Source: Hyaloraphidium curvatum SAG 235-1 | Lineage: Eukaryota; Fungi; Monoblepharomycota | Reading direction: 5' to 3' | NCBI GenBank assembly: GCA_025558095.1 | Contig: JAIVFI010000003.1 | Span: 806,001-870,000, forward strand | Length of the DNA stretch: 64,000 bases | Part shown: positions 1 to 11,637 of the stretch, in pieces | How positions within the stretch are numbered: position 1 is the stretch's first letter | How the letters are laid out: each line of letters starts with the position of its first letter | Made by a program: the position numbers and the translations under genes | The notes under the pieces: model-generated | The model's database searches: none | Seen by the model: only the letters and a program-made list of their open reading frames with translations | Told to the model about the DNA's origin: nothing

Positions 1-2
1 AC

Positions 3-599
3 CAGGGCCACTGCGACCTCTGGGCCCTCGGCGCGCTGACGCATGGGCTGCTGACGGGGTTCTTCCCGTTCCGCTCCGAGGACCCCAGGGTGCTGCTCAA
101 GGAGATTGGCCCCTACGGCCCGCGCATCCGCCTGCGGGGCTGCTCGGACCTGGCGCACCACTTCGTCGGAGTCCTGCTGGACCCGCGCAACGAGGGCAAG
201 CTCTCGGCCTCCCTGCTCCTCCGGCACCCCTGGGTCGCGCCCTTTGCCGACCCCGCGCCCGGGGAGCGCGCAGCAAGGGACATCCCGCAGATCCCCTCCC
301 CCGTCGCGAACCTTGCCCTCGCGACCGCGGCCGCCGAGGCCGCGATCGACGCCGCGATGCCGCACCACCTCGCCGCCATGCGTCGCGCGCTGTTCCCCAC
401 CCCGGCACCGCCCCCGCCGTGGCGGTTCGAGCGCAAGGGGTCGCACAGCAGTGTCGCGTCGGACTCGACCGCCGTGGAGGCGTCCTCGCCGCCCCGGGCT
501 AAAGCCAAGGAGGAGGATGCCGCGTCGACGGGGAGCGGGGACACCGTCGGGAGGCTGGGAAAGGCGAGGCGTTGGTTGGAGGGGCTCCGGATGCGGTGA
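3..599 (+). CDS. 3' part of atypical Ser/Thr kinase (local family copy K1), 5' end outside window
   Basis: Frame 3 reads QGHCDLWALGALTHGLLTGFFPFRSED...LLDPRNEGKLSASLLLRHPWV (subdomains IX-XI), matching the other four copies; TGA ends at 599. Confidence 0.88.
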   Translation, partial: QGHCDLWALGALTHGLLTGFFPFRSEDPRVLLKEIGPYGPRIRLRGCSDLAHHFVGVLLDPRNEGKLSASLLLRHPWVAPFADPAPGERAARDIPQIPSPVANLALATAAAEAAIDAAMPHHLAAMRRALFPTPAPPPPWRFERKGSHSSVASDSTAVEASSPPRAKAKEEDAASTGSGDTVGRLGKARRWLEGLRMR

Positions 600-898
600 C
601 GATCTGCTGGGCTGCTCGGGCTGTGCATATGGACGTCGGATGCGCTTGGATGCGGGCGGTTGGGCCGCCGGGGATTGGAGCTGGCTCTGAACTTCACTTG
701 GCATGGTTGTATCTCTGCACACGTTTGGAATGGACTCCTGTCATCGATGCTGTCCCCCGCCAGGTAGTGCTTCGAACACCCTGAAGGCGATCGGTGCGCG
801 GGACACACGTGGACTTGCGCGCCGATCCCGGGCGCAAACAAGCGCATCGCGTCTGAAAGTGCCATCGGGCAGCGCTCTTTGGCCCGCTCCCCGAACCC

Positions 899-2563
899 AT
901 GGTCTCGGGCGGTGCTCCGGGGGCCAACGGGGCCGCCGGGCCATCCGCCAACGGAACCTCGGGCGCTAGCGGAACACGCCCGCCCTCGCTCAGGATCGTG
1001 GCCGTGAACGATGTTTACCTGCTCGACAACCTTCCGAAGCTCAAGACGCTCGTCGATGCCGAGGCCTCGCGCGATCCGGCAGACCTGCTGCTTGTCACGC
1101 TCGCCGGGGACTTCCTGTCGCCCTCCCTCCTGTCTTCCCTTGACCACGGTCGGGGAATGGTCGACGTTCTTAACGGCGTGCCCGTCACGCACGTCTGCTT
1201 CGGGAACCACGAGGACGACTTGCACGTCGACGAGGTCCGGAAACGGGTCACGGAGTTCCGAGGGTGCTGGCTCAACACCAACATGCCCTCATTCGTCCCG
1301 GCGCTCCCAAAGTGCCAAATCGTCGAGGTCGGGAACCCGGGCGGCCGCAAGGTCCGCGTGGGGATGGTCGGCGTGGTCATGGACGACCGGCAGATCTACG
1401 CGGCGCCCCCGTTCGGCGGGACGGAGATGCTGGGGGCCAACGAGTCGGCAATTGCCGTGGCAAAGAAGCTCATCGAGGACGAGGGGTGCGCGTGCGTGGT
1501 TCCGCTCACGCACCAGGACCTGGAGGACGACCTGCTGCTGGCGCGATGGCAGGGGGAGCGGACCTTGTTCCCCGTGATTCTCGGGGGGCACGAGCACCAG
1601 CCGATGGAGGAAAAGGTCGGCCGGACGCTGCTCGTCAAAGCGGGGACGGACGCCGAGACTGCAGTGGTTATCGACCTGACCTGGCCGGCGGAGGCACCGG
1701 CGCCGGGCCAGCCCGATCTGCCCCATGTTGCGACGAGGAACGTCGACGTCACGGCACTACCTCCGGACCCGGCGCTGCAGGCCCGCGCGGAGCAACACAT
1801 GAAGCTGGTCGCGGCGCTCGAAAGGGCCACGCTGCTGTTCCTCGGGCCGGGGGAGGAGCTGTCCTCGGTGGGCACCAGGCGGCAGCAGACCAGCTTCGGC
1901 ACCGTGATCTGCAACCGCCTGCGGGACGTGATGGGGGCGGACATGTGCATGGTCAACGGCGGCGGGATCCGGGCCAACCAGACGTACGAGGCCAAGTTCA
2001 CTTTTGGCAACCTCCGCGCCGAGTACCCCTTTCCGAACATGGTGGTGGTGGTCCGGATGCCGGGCAGCGTGGTGCGGGATGCGATTTTGCACACGCGATC
2101 CAAGGGCGAGACGGGATCGTTCCTCCAGGTGGACGACGGCGTCGTGGTGGACGAGTCGCACCGGCTCGTCTCGGTCGCGGGCCAACCGTTCGATGAAAAG
2201 AAGGTGCTCCGGGTGGCGCTGATCCAGCGGTTCCTCGAAGGGATGGACAACATCGAGCCGATCGTCGAGTTCGCCAATGCAAACCCGCATATGGTTCCCC
2301 GGAAGGACGCGGGAAGGGACGTGAAGGAGGTCCTCGTGGAGGGCTTTGCGCGGTCGTTGTGGGGACAGCTGGGGACCTTCGAGGCTATGGACGCCGATGG
2401 CGACCAGAAGCTCGACGCGAGCGAGATCGCGGCGGCCGTGGAGAGGAGGGCGCGGGAGCCTGCTTCAGAAATCACGGTCGAACTGCTGATCCGGGCCTTG
2501 GACAAGAACGATGACCATATGGTTGACAAGCAGGAAGGGCGAGGGACGGTGAAAGGATTGTAG
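899..2563 (+). CDS. 5'-nucleotidase/metallophosphoesterase with two C-terminal EF-hands, intronless
   Basis: Motifs NDVY, LAGDFLSPS, GNHEDD, LTHQD, GGHEH; 5'-NT C-domain NGGGIR..PFPN; EF loops DADGDQKLDASE and DKNDDHMVDKQE. Confidence 0.9.
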   Translation: MVSGGAPGANGAAGPSANGTSGASGTRPPSLRIVAVNDVYLLDNLPKLKTLVDAEASRDPADLLLVTLAGDFLSPSLLSSLDHGRGMVDVLNGVPVTHVCFGNHEDDLHVDEVRKRVTEFRGCWLNTNMPSFVPALPKCQIVEVGNPGGRKVRVGMVGVVMDDRQIYAAPPFGGTEMLGANESAIAVAKKLIEDEGCACVVPLTHQDLEDDLLLARWQGERTLFPVILGGHEHQPMEEKVGRTLLVKAGTDAETAVVIDLTWPAEAPAPGQPDLPHVATRNVDVTALPPDPALQARAEQHMKLVAALERATLLFLGPGEELSSVGTRRQQTSFGTVICNRLRDVMGADMCMVNGGGIRANQTYEAKFTFGNLRAEYPFPNMVVVVRMPGSVVRDAILHTRSKGETGSFLQVDDGVVVDESHRLVSVAGQPFDEKKVLRVALIQRFLEGMDNIEPIVEFANANPHMVPRKDAGRDVKEVLVEGFARSLWGQLGTFEAMDADGDQKLDASEIAAAVERRAREPASEITVELLIRALDKNDDHMVDKQEGRGTVKGL

Positions 2564-2741
2564 TCGAAGATAAAGGACGACTAGAGGCTCCTGAAGCACG
2601 GCCCAATTCCTTTCTCTGCCAGATCTACCATTCTACACAACAGTTCAAGATCTACGTTGAATGCAACAAGCAACACAATGAATCAATCTCTACAGTACCC
2701 AGCAGATGGTATCATAGCTCAATTCCAAGAGAGTGCAGCCA

Positions 2742-4182
2742 TTAGGCAATCCGAGTGTCTGGAGCATTGTCCAAAGGATCTGGCAGGCAGCCGACAGCGG
2801 GCGTCGGTTCATCTCGCATCTTGGTGCGAAGGTGCAAAGGAAGCAGCCGCGCAAGTTCGGTGGCCGCCGCAACGCATGCCCTCTTGCAGTCCCCGTACGG
2901 GGCGGGTACCCTCGGCGGCGGCTTCCGCGGGAATAGCCTGCCGGTGGGTACGAGGCCCGCGACCCATGGATGCGAGAGCAACGATGCCGCGGTGAAGCGG
3001 CCCTCGTTGCGGGGGTCCAGCACGATCGAAAGGAAGTCCAGGGCTTCGCTGCTGGCGCCCTCGATGTGCAGCGTCCCCAGGCTCTCGATCTCGCGCTGCA
3101 GGGTAGCCATTTCCTCGGATCGGAACGGGAAGTAGCCAGTCAACAGCCCATGGGTAAGCACGCCAAGCGCCCAGAGATCAGGGTGTCCCTTGGCCCCCGA
3201 ATACGGCCTGCGCTGGTTCACGAACCGAAGCATGGCGCAGCTGGCGTAGTTGATGCAGCCGACGGCCTCGGTGAACATAGTCCGGTCGTTGAAGAAGGTG
3301 GCCAGGCCGAAGTCGATAAGCGTGAGCTGTTGCGAGGTCGGATCCCACATCACGTTGTCGAGTTTCACGTCCCGGTGCAGCACTGGACAGATCCGTCAGC
3401 GACATTGCAACGGCAATGCAGAACGGGGCGTCGGACTCACCTCCGTGGGCATGACAATGGCGGAGGACCTCGAGGAGGTTGGCGACAATGAGCCGGGCTT
3501 CACGCTCCGGGAGCCGGCCTTGAGGTTGGGAATTGACATAGCTGTACAGCTCTTGGCTTTGGCCCGGGGCTCTGGTCATGACGAGGTGCACCGTGCCGTC
3601 GGCATGCAGAAAGTCGAGGATCTTTGGCAGGGATTTGTGCGGCGGCATGTGGACGAGTGCGAGGGCCTCCCTCAGAGAATGGAAAAGAACGCGGTCGGTT
3701 GGATCGCTCGCGGGGAGCACGGTGGTTTTGGCGACAGCCTGTGCGAGACGGCCGACGACGACAATTTGGGAAACGGTGTTTTGGAGGACGACAATGCCGA
3801 GGACGAGGATGCACCGGGGGCGGAAAGGGTCAGACTCCTGGTCATTCCGGGGGGCCCGGCAAATGGGACGTACCTCCCGGCCTGCCAGCTCTCCTCGCAC
3901 TAGCCGCGCTTCCGAAAACCCGCCCTTGCCCAGGGTGTCGTTTCCGACGGGGATCCATGTGTCGACCAGGCCGCGGAGGAGGCCCCCTTTCGGCGGCGTG
4001 TCGGCGCCTTTCCCCCGGCTCGAAAACGCGTCCATGGCGCCCGGCTCGGCGCCGGGCACATCGCAGAGCGTGCGCTCGCTTGATACCCGGGCGTTGCTGA
4101 CTGCCGTGTGGTCTCTGTGCATGACGGCGGGAAAAGTTCGAGGAGTCACGAGCAGGGTCTCGAGCTTGCGCAGCACCGCCAT
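2742..4182 (-). CDS. Atypical Ser/Thr protein kinase (copy K2), 2 introns (3739-3873, 3383-3440)
   Basis: LGKGGFSEA, AVAK, LREALAL, HRDVKLDN, IDFG, EAVGCINYAS, DLWALG; removing GT-AG introns gives a continuous domain; start codon uncertain. Confidence 0.88.
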
Positions 4183-4546
4183 GTGACTCCGAGCGGGGCC
4201 GCCGCAGCGAGTCATACCGACCTCGACATCGGGGCAGATACGGAAACGGCTTGAGAGAGGAGAGAATGGCGTTTTGGAGCCGCGAAAAGCCTGCCCACCG
4301 CTGGCAGGAAGAGGGCTGTGCGGGATCAGCACTGACGTGGCCACTAGAATCTTCCACCCCCCCGGCTCACTCCCAGATCTCGCCCCGACATTCGTGCAAA
4401 AGGCTTGAGAATAGAATCTTATTGCCGTAAACGACGTTACGGTCGTCCATCATGGTGCGAAGCCACCGATACATGGACGTGGACCGCGAATCGGACTGCC
4501 AGCGAGTCATCGTGTTGCCGCCCGCAAATGCCACGACACGATCGCG

Positions 4547-6430
4547 CTACTTCCGCGACGGGCTGAGCTTCCGCAGCCAGCTGCCCACGGTTTCCCTCCC
4601 GCCCTTCCGCTCCCCCTCTTCCGGGGGCATCAGCTCCCCCGGCGGCGCCGAGGGCGTCTCGTCCGATCGCGGCGGAGGGGGCTGGTACTTGTTCGAACCC
4701 CCCGACGACGACGACTGCGGCGGAACCTGCTGCTGCTGGGCCCCTGGAGGGGGCTGGTACCGGTTCTGAGGCTGCGGAGGCGGACCGGCCAGCGGTGGAG
4801 GTTGGGGCGGAGGGGGTTGGTAGCGGTTCGCGGCGGTGGCGGCCTGGCCCGTTCCGGGCGGCGGCACGGAGACCCGCGGCGGCGGAGGCGGCCCGCCTGA
4901 TAGCCTGGCGACCTGTTCCGCGACCGAAAGTATCGGCTCCGAGGAAATCAGGTTCTGCGCGGGCTGCGCCAATGCGCCCTGCTGCTGGAGCTGCGAGGGG
5001 GGAGGTACCGCCAGGCGCGGCGGCGGCGGCGGTCCCGGTGCTTTCTGGGCCTGCTGCGCCGTGGGAGGCCGCTGATTCGCGGCAGGAAGAAGGGAAGCCT
5101 GTGCCGGCTGCGCTGGCGGGCTGGCCAGCGCGCCCAGCGGTTGCGCGGGGTAGCCTGCGGATGGTTGCACCGGCGCTCCCGACCCGTCGATGGCAGCCTG
5201 CACCCATGCCGGCGGCCGCGCGCTGCGGGAGGGTGGTCTCGGGGCCACATCCGCCTCCGAAGCGGGCACGGAGGCCGAGGCGCCCGGAACCGGGGCCTGC
5301 GATGCCACCATCGGCCTGACCAGCTCTTCCCGCACGCGCCTCGACCACGCGGCATCGTCCTCCTCGCCTTCCGAATGGTCCAGCAGGTTCGAAGGCCTCG
5401 CCCGATCCGGCGCCAGGCGCGCAGGATCGGGCCCGTTCGCCGGCACCTCCTCGTCCTCCTCTTCCTCGTCCGAGCTCCATTCGCCCTCCAGAATCTCGCC
5501 CCGTTCCCACCGCTTCTTCTTCTCCTCGAGCTCGCCGATCCGCCTAAGGAGCTCCTGCTTCCGCTGCAGCAGCATCGCCGCAGTGGGCCCCGTTATCCGG
5601 TCGACGACCTCGGCCAGCGTGCCCGCGTACGACGCCGCGGCGTGCACGAGCGGGAGCGTGGCGTCGCGCGGGAGGAGCTGCAACAGCGGGGTCTGGAAGG
5701 GGTCCGACGACTGCGGGTAGGTCGGCGAGGAGGGCTCGGCCTGGGCGGCCGCGGGGAGGAAGGGGCGGAGGAAGTTGGAGCGCGAGTCGGAGAGGAACAT
5801 GGAGGAAAGCCGGTGGAACTGCTCCAGGGTGTGCGGAGTCGCGGTGAGGGAGGGAAGGATCTCGAGGGGGACCTCGACGAGCCTGGCGGGAACGTTGTCA
5901 GGCGGAACAGGTCCCAAACCACAGAAACGGAGACCCACTCTGGTGGAGACGAGTTGGAAGACTGGAAGGCGATCATCTGGACGCGATCCCGGAACTGGCG
6001 ACGCGTCAGTCGGCCGAAGCCTTCGCCCAGCCCTCGGAGCCCGCACCTCCGAGTCGGCGTTGAAGCACGACATGATGAGCCCCACGAAGCGGTGGTCCAG
6101 GTACTGCATGTTCCACTGTGTCCGCAGGTCCACGTGGCTCGGCAGCACGGTGATGTGCGGGTGCGAGTGGAACCACCCCACGACGCGCAGGCCCAGCCGC
6201 TCCGCGCCCTCCGACGCGGCGACGAGCGTCTCGGGCGAGATCTCCACGCGGTCCCTGCGCTTGTCGATGCGCTTCATCACGCTCGTTGCGCGGATCGTCG
6301 CGACGTCCTCGCGCGCGCCGCCCCACTCGCCCAGCAGCAGGCACATGACCTCCTCGTCCTCCGTCGACAGCGCGTACGCGAGGTTGAACAGCTGCAGCGA
6401 CGCGTCGATGCGGACGGCCGAGAGCGGCAT
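4547..6430 (-). CDS. BRCC3: BRCC36/BRCC3-like JAMM (MPN+) K63 deubiquitinase with long Pro/Gln-rich tail
   Basis: ALSTEDEEVMCLLLG, KRRDRVEISPE, VVGWFHSHPHITVLPSHVDLRTQ (HxH-x7-S-x2-D JAMM motif), FVGLIMSCFN; probable short introns near 5900-6045. Confidence 0.85.
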   Translation of the reverse strand: MPLSAVRIDASLQLFNLAYALSTEDEEVMCLLLGEWGGAREDVATIRATSVMKRIDKRRDRVEISPETLVAASEGAERLGLRVVGWFHSHPHITVLPSHVDLRTQWNMQYLDHRFVGLIMSCFNADSEVRAPRAGRRLRPTDASPVPGSRPDDRLPVFQLVSTRVGLRFCGLGPVPPDNVPARLVEVPLEILPSLTATPHTLEQFHRLSSMFLSDSRSNFLRPFLPAAAQAEPSSPTYPQSSDPFQTPLLQLLPRDATLPLVHAAASYAGTLAEVVDRITGPTAAMLLQRKQELLRRIGELEEKKKRWERGEILEGEWSSDEEEEDEEVPANGPDPARLAPDRARPSNLLDHSEGEEDDAAWSRRVREELVRPMVASQAPVPGASASVPASEADVAPRPPSRSARPPAWVQAAIDGSGAPVQPSAGYPAQPLGALASPPAQPAQASLLPAANQRPPTAQQAQKAPGPPPPPRLAVPPPSQLQQQGALAQPAQNLISSEPILSVAEQVARLSGGPPPPPRVSVPPPGTGQAATAANRYQPPPPQPPPLAGPPPQPQNRYQPPPGAQQQQVPPQSSSSGGSNKYQPPPPRSDETPSAPPGELMPPEEGERKGGRETVGSWLRKLSPSRK

Positions 6431-6534
6431 CGCTGCGACGGCGCGCTCAGCAGGGGCGGCTGCTGCACGGGGACGCCCACCGCCCGCGATCACTCCATCA
6501 CTCAACACGGCCAAACAGTGCCCCGGATCCCGCC

Positions 6535-7440
6535 ATGCCCGCCCCGCCAGACAGCGTGCTCCCGCGGGCCGAGCGCAACGCGTACAAAGCAGTCATCGCC
6601 GAGGCAACGCCGCCCGGTTGGCGGTGGCCCGTGCCGCTGGGCACCAATCCGACGCTCCTGCGGCCGACGTCGTTCTACGCCGTGAACATCTACAAACGCC
6701 TGGATTTCCCGCCAAAGCCTGTCGAGGAACTGCCCTCCGATGTCGTGCTCCGCGTCGACCCGGTGCCGCTGCCCATCGTGCCCACTGCCGATCCGCGGCA
6801 CTACGAGCGCGAGGTCAGCAAGGGCCCTTGGTCGCGCTTCTTTGACCGCTGCCGCAACGAGGCGCTGGCTGAACTCGTGCCGCCCGCGGAGCGCATCTGC
6901 GCCGTGCCCGGTTGCGGCAGGAAGTTTATCAACAGCTTCGCCCCGCGCGTGGCCAACGATGTCACGTTTCGATTCGAGATCACGGACCATCTGGCACCGC
7001 TGTGCGCCGGGCCCGGGTCTCGCTGCGAGCTCTGGGCAAAGCGGTGGTTCGAGACCCTCTTCTCCGGCGTCGAGGAGCAGCTCGACCACGAGGTGGCGAT
7101 CGCGGAGCAGTGCCTGAACTGCGGCCGCGAGGAGCGCAAAAACACTGTCAAGGAGTCCTTCAAGCGCTGTTCGCGGTGCCGGCGCGCGGTCTACTGCTCG
7201 GAAAAGTGCCAGCGGGAGGACTGGAAGGTGCACAAGAAGCACTGCACGCCGGCCGCGGAGCTCGCGGAGGCGCGGAAGGAACTGGGCGAGCTGCGGCGCG
7301 AGCTGAGCGGGGAGGCAGACGCTGAAGCAGCGATACAGCCTGATCTGGGCTCGGCCGTGCCCGAGATCGGCGGAGGCGGCGGAGGGCCGGTCGCGTCAGT
7401 CTTTATCGTCGGGCAAGCGGGCAGGGAGGTGAGCGGCTGA
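6535..7440 (+). CDS. MYND zinc-finger protein
   Basis: CLNC...KRCSRCRRAVYCSEKCQREDWKVHKKHC; additional N-terminal Cys cluster CAVPGC...PLC..C. Confidence 0.85.
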   Translation: MPAPPDSVLPRAERNAYKAVIAEATPPGWRWPVPLGTNPTLLRPTSFYAVNIYKRLDFPPKPVEELPSDVVLRVDPVPLPIVPTADPRHYEREVSKGPWSRFFDRCRNEALAELVPPAERICAVPGCGRKFINSFAPRVANDVTFRFEITDHLAPLCAGPGSRCELWAKRWFETLFSGVEEQLDHEVAIAEQCLNCGREERKNTVKESFKRCSRCRRAVYCSEKCQREDWKVHKKHCTPAAELAEARKELGELRRELSGEADAEAAIQPDLGSAVPEIGGGGGGPVASVFIVGQAGREVSG

Positions 7441-8111
7441 GCGGACTATGCGCCTTCTTATGTATCGTTGTGCCTGCCTCGTTCGCTCGAATGCGGGATG
7501 TTCCGTCAAAACTGCACCCCGTGGGCCTCTTCGTCCGCCCGACCCACCAATCGAGAGCGTGCCCGTCGGCTCCCGAGGCAGCACGCAGCTTCGTGAATTC
7601 TAGTCGGACCCTTGCCAATGCCTAACGCCTTCTTTGGCTCGCTCAAGAAGTGAGGTGGCAAACCAAAGAGACGGAGGCGGAACTTTTGGGCAATCACGTG
7701 TCGGCATACGCACTGATCCGACTGATAGGGGCACCCCCGGGTCCGGAGGCTTCCGTCGCTGGAGCCCCCGGTCAGGTCTGCGCTAGCCAGTAACCACCTT
7801 TCTGAGGTCCTTTGACGCCTTCCGGGGCGAGCAGAAGGGCAAGCGAAGCAGTGTTGGCAGAGTCGGAGCGTCCCGGACCCTTTGGCCACCCAGTCACGCC
7901 CGGCTCGTAAACAATTAGCCGGCAAGCGTTTGCCGCCAAACTTCCTCCCCGCCCCCGTACCCCTTCTATCTTCGTTCCGAGGCTGTCATTTGACGGCGGA
8001 GCTCTTTTCCTTTTCCTTCCGTGGCCGGCGCCGCTTCCCCTCGCCGCTGGGCCGAGCAGTCGGGGGTTCTCGGTCGCTGACGTGCCGAACGCCCAATCTC
8101 CGCCTGCCCCG

Positions 8112-9659
8112 ATGGCCGCCAACCTGGTGCCCAACGCCGTGCTCTCCACGCGGAAGCGCTCTTCGGAGTGCACCCTGTGCGGCGACGACCTCGACGGCCG
8201 CGCCCCCAAGGCCGACAAGGCCGAGCCGGGTATCTTCTGCGATGACGGGGAGTGCTTCTCTCGGATCGAGGCCGTCGGCGGCACCCCCGGGGCCGTGGAT
8301 CGCTTCCTTCTCGGACGGCTTCTAGGAGAGGGCAGCTTTGCCCGCGTCCGCCTGGTGAGAGGGGAACGCAGCGGGAGCACGGTAAGGCGGAATCCCCGGC
8401 GCCACTGGCCCATCTAACGCCTCCTTCTACAGGCTGTCGTCAAGACGGTCTCGATTGTGAACCCGTCCAAGCCGCGGGCTGCCCTCTTCAGCCTGAGGGA
8501 GGCCCTCGCGCTGGTCCACCTGCCGCGACACCCCAACATCCCTTCCCTTCTGGACTTTGTCGCATCGAGCATGGCCACGCAGACCGTGCTGGAGCAGGCG
8601 ACGGGCGAGGAGCTTTTCTCATATGTCAACGCGGTGCCGATGGGCCGCCTGGGCGAGGCCGAGACCCGCAAGATCGTCGTGGGAATCCTGTCTGCGCTCC
8701 GACACGCGCATGCCAACGGCGTGGTGCACCGGGACGTCAAGGTTTGTCGCCTACTTTGCCCCTTCCATGCAGATGCTAACGAATTACGACAGCTCGACAA
8801 CGTGTTTTGGGATCCTGCGACTGAGAAGGTGTCGCTGCTCGATTGGGGTTTGGCGACGTTCTGGGACGAGCGCACAATGCTGGACGAAGCCGTCGGCTGC
8901 ATCAATTACGCCTCGCCGCAACTCCTCCGCCTCACGAACGCGGGCGTGCCCTACCGCGCCGCGCGGGGTTGGAGTGACCTCTGGGCCCTCGGCGTTCTGG
9001 CACACGGTCTCTTGACAGGTAAACCGCAAAACTTGTAATCTTTTGTGTGCATGTGCTCATCGCTGATCCTTCTATCCACAGGCTACTTCCCTTTTCGTTC
9101 GGAGGACCCCGTCGAACTCGAGCGCGAGATCCGGCAAACGTGGCAGAACGCATCCGAGTTGGAAGGCGTTCCCCGCAAGGAGGTCTCGGACGCATGCCGC
9201 GACTGGCTTCGCACTGCATTGGACCCGCGGCGCGAAGGGCGCCTGACCGCCGCCGACCTCCTCGCGCACCCCTGGCTGGCCGGAGAGCAGGTGCACCCCG
9301 TCTCGGTCACCAGCTCCCCGCTGCCCCTCCTCCCCAACTGCACCAGGGACCACCGCCGCGTCGCCCGCCTGGCCGCGGGTTACCTGCAGGCCCGCCTGCC
9401 CGTACACCGCGCGCTCGCCCGGCGGGCTCTATTCGGCGAGGACGACCCCGCGCCGGAGGTCTTGCCCAGCCCACCGAGCTTTGCATCCGACGCAACGGCG
9501 ATGGACGTGGATGCGCCTGAACCGCAGGCAAAGGCGGACTCGTTCCGTGCGCCGGTGACGGCCAGCGCATCCTTCTCCTCCGTATCTTCCAAGGGCTCCG
9601 TGGCCTCGAACAAGAGCGCAGTCAAACGGTGGCTGTCCAAGCTCTCCGGCAGGAACTAG
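8112..9659 (+). CDS. Atypical Ser/Thr protein kinase (copy K3), 3 introns
   Basis: LLGEGSFARV, intron 8382-8432, AVVK, LREALAL, HRDVK|LDN, LDWG, DEAVGCINYASP, DLWALG, YFPFRSED. Confidence 0.9.
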
Positions 9660-9912
9660 AGGCGGCGATCTGGTGCGCCATCATACCCACTTCCGCGATA
9701 GACGTAGACAAAGACCTGCTAGAGCAAGACTTAGAGCTTAGAACGGATAGAACGATACCTAGCTGAGGCCGATTACCCATGTACTCTGACGCACCGCATT
9801 TGATTTTGAACACATGCATTCGAGTGCATCTTGACCGTTCCGCGGAAATCAAACAAGCGGCCGCATGATTGCCTGCGGAACCAAGTAGTGCGAAGAAAGA
9901 TCTATGTATCTT

Positions 9913-11637
9913 CTAGGCCTTCTGGCCGTACTCCTGCGCAAAGACGTCCTTGCCCACCAACTCGTCCTCGATGACCTGCCGCACCACCTTTTCCGCCTCA
10001 TGCTTGTTCCCGCCCTTGGTCCACGCCGTCACGCATCGCCGCGGCATGGACAGGAACTGTACCATGGGCGCCGGCGCAAAGTCCTCGTACTTTACGCCGT
10101 TCTCCACGGCCTCGAGAACGGCCTCGGGGAACTTTGCCGGATGGGCCGTGGCCAGCACGACCGTGTGCGTGTCGCGCGGGGGTTTGGTGGCCGCCGCGTA
10201 CGACTCGGCGGCCACCACGCCGACGGCCGTGTGCGGATCGAGGATGTACTTGCCGCCCGAAGCGGCGTAGTAACGCCGGATGGCGTCCGACGTCTCGGCG
10301 TTGCTGACGCACCGCGAGGCAAACAGCTCCCTGCAGCGCTCTAGCACATCTGCAGAGACGCTGAAGCCGCCGGTCGAGTTGAGCGCCTTCATGTGGCCCA
10401 GTACGGCCGCGGAAGCTCGCTCCGCAGCAGCGTCGCCGTCGGCACCGGCGGGCGCGTCTACGGACCGGCTGCGGTCGCCGCGCTCGAGGTACCAAAGGAG
10501 CCGCTCAAAGTTGCTCGACACGAGAATGTCCATGGCCGGCGATAGGGTCGCCCGTGCGGGCTCCACCTGCCCGGACTTGCCGTCAACGCGCTTGTTGTAC
10601 GTGCCCGTCTCCAAGAAGCGGTGCAAGATGTCGTTCTCGTTGGTCGCGATCAGGAGCTTCGAAACGCAGGGCAGACCGGTGCGAACGGCGTAGTAGCCCG
10701 CGAGGATGTCGCCAAAGTTGCCCGTCGGGACCGAGAAGACGACCTTAGGGAGCTTGGCGACGATTTCCTCGTCCGAAGCTGACGAAGCGAGGATCGCGTC
10801 GACGTCGACATCGAGCTGCTTCAGCAGCAGAAAATAGGCCGCGTAGTAGTAGGATGTTTGGGCGAGGATGCGGGCCCAGTTGATGGAGTTGATGGCGCCG
10901 AGGCGGTGGCGGGCGCGGAATTCGGGGTCCGAGAAGCACATCTTGACCACGTCCTGGCAGTCGTCAAAAACGCCCTCGACGGCCACGTTGAACACGTTCG
11001 AGTCCGTAACCGTTGTCATCTGCGCCTCCTGCACATCCGAGACGCGGCCCTTGGGGTGCAGGATGAAGAGCTTGACAAACTTCTTGCCCCGCAGCCCGTA
11101 GATGGCGGCGCCGCCCGTGTCGCCCGAAGTGGCGCCCAAAACCGTGATCGTGTGCTCTGCGGAGGTTCCGTTGGCGTGGCCGTTCGCCTGGCCCGCCGCC
11201 GCGGCGTTCTTGCGCTCGAGGAAGAACTCGAAAAGGTTGCCCAGGACCTGCAGCGCAACGTCTTTGAACGCAAAGGTGGGCCCATGGAACAGCTCCAGCA
11301 CGTAGAAATTGTTCTTTGGCGCCGCGTCGCCCAGCGACGGGTCCTTGTCCAGCCTGACCACGGGCGTCACGTCGCCGTGCGAGAAGGTTGCGAACGACCG
11401 CTGGAGCAGCGCAGCGAGATCCGCGTCCGTCATTTCGTCCGCTCCGACGTACGGCCGGACGAGCTTGAACGCCAGCTCGTGGTACGGCAGCGAGCGCCAC
11501 GAGAGCACATCCCGGAGGGCGAAGCGCGGGAGCGTGTCCTGCGGGATGTACAGGCCGCCGTCGGGCGACAGGCCTTCGAGGACAGCCTCCTCGAAAGAAA
11601 GGCCGGACGATTGGCCGCGGGTCGAGCGGTACTTCAT
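9913..11637 (-). CDS. THR4: Threonine synthase
   Basis: MKYRSTRG, GLSPDGGLYIP, LELFHGPTFAFKD (PLP lysine), ATSGDTG, NSINWARI, VPTGNFGD, SPAMDILVSSNFER, LATAHPAKF. Confidence 0.97.
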   Translation of the reverse strand: MKYRSTRGQSSGLSFEEAVLEGLSPDGGLYIPQDTLPRFALRDVLSWRSLPYHELAFKLVRPYVGADEMTDADLAALLQRSFATFSHGDVTPVVRLDKDPSLGDAAPKNNFYVLELFHGPTFAFKDVALQVLGNLFEFFLERKNAAAAGQANGHANGTSAEHTITVLGATSGDTGGAAIYGLRGKKFVKLFILHPKGRVSDVQEAQMTTVTDSNVFNVAVEGVFDDCQDVVKMCFSDPEFRARHRLGAINSINWARILAQTSYYYAAYFLLLKQLDVDVDAILASSASDEEIVAKLPKVVFSVPTGNFGDILAGYYAVRTGLPCVSKLLIATNENDILHRFLETGTYNKRVDGKSGQVEPARATLSPAMDILVSSNFERLLWYLERGDRSRSVDAPAGADGDAAAERASAAVLGHMKALNSTGGFSVSADVLERCRELFASRCVSNAETSDAIRRYYAASGGKYILDPHTAVGVVAAESYAAATKPPRDTHTVVLATAHPAKFPEAVLEAVENGVKYEDFAPAPMVQFLSMPRRCVTAWTKGGNKHEAEKVVRQVIEDELVGKDVFAQEYGQKA

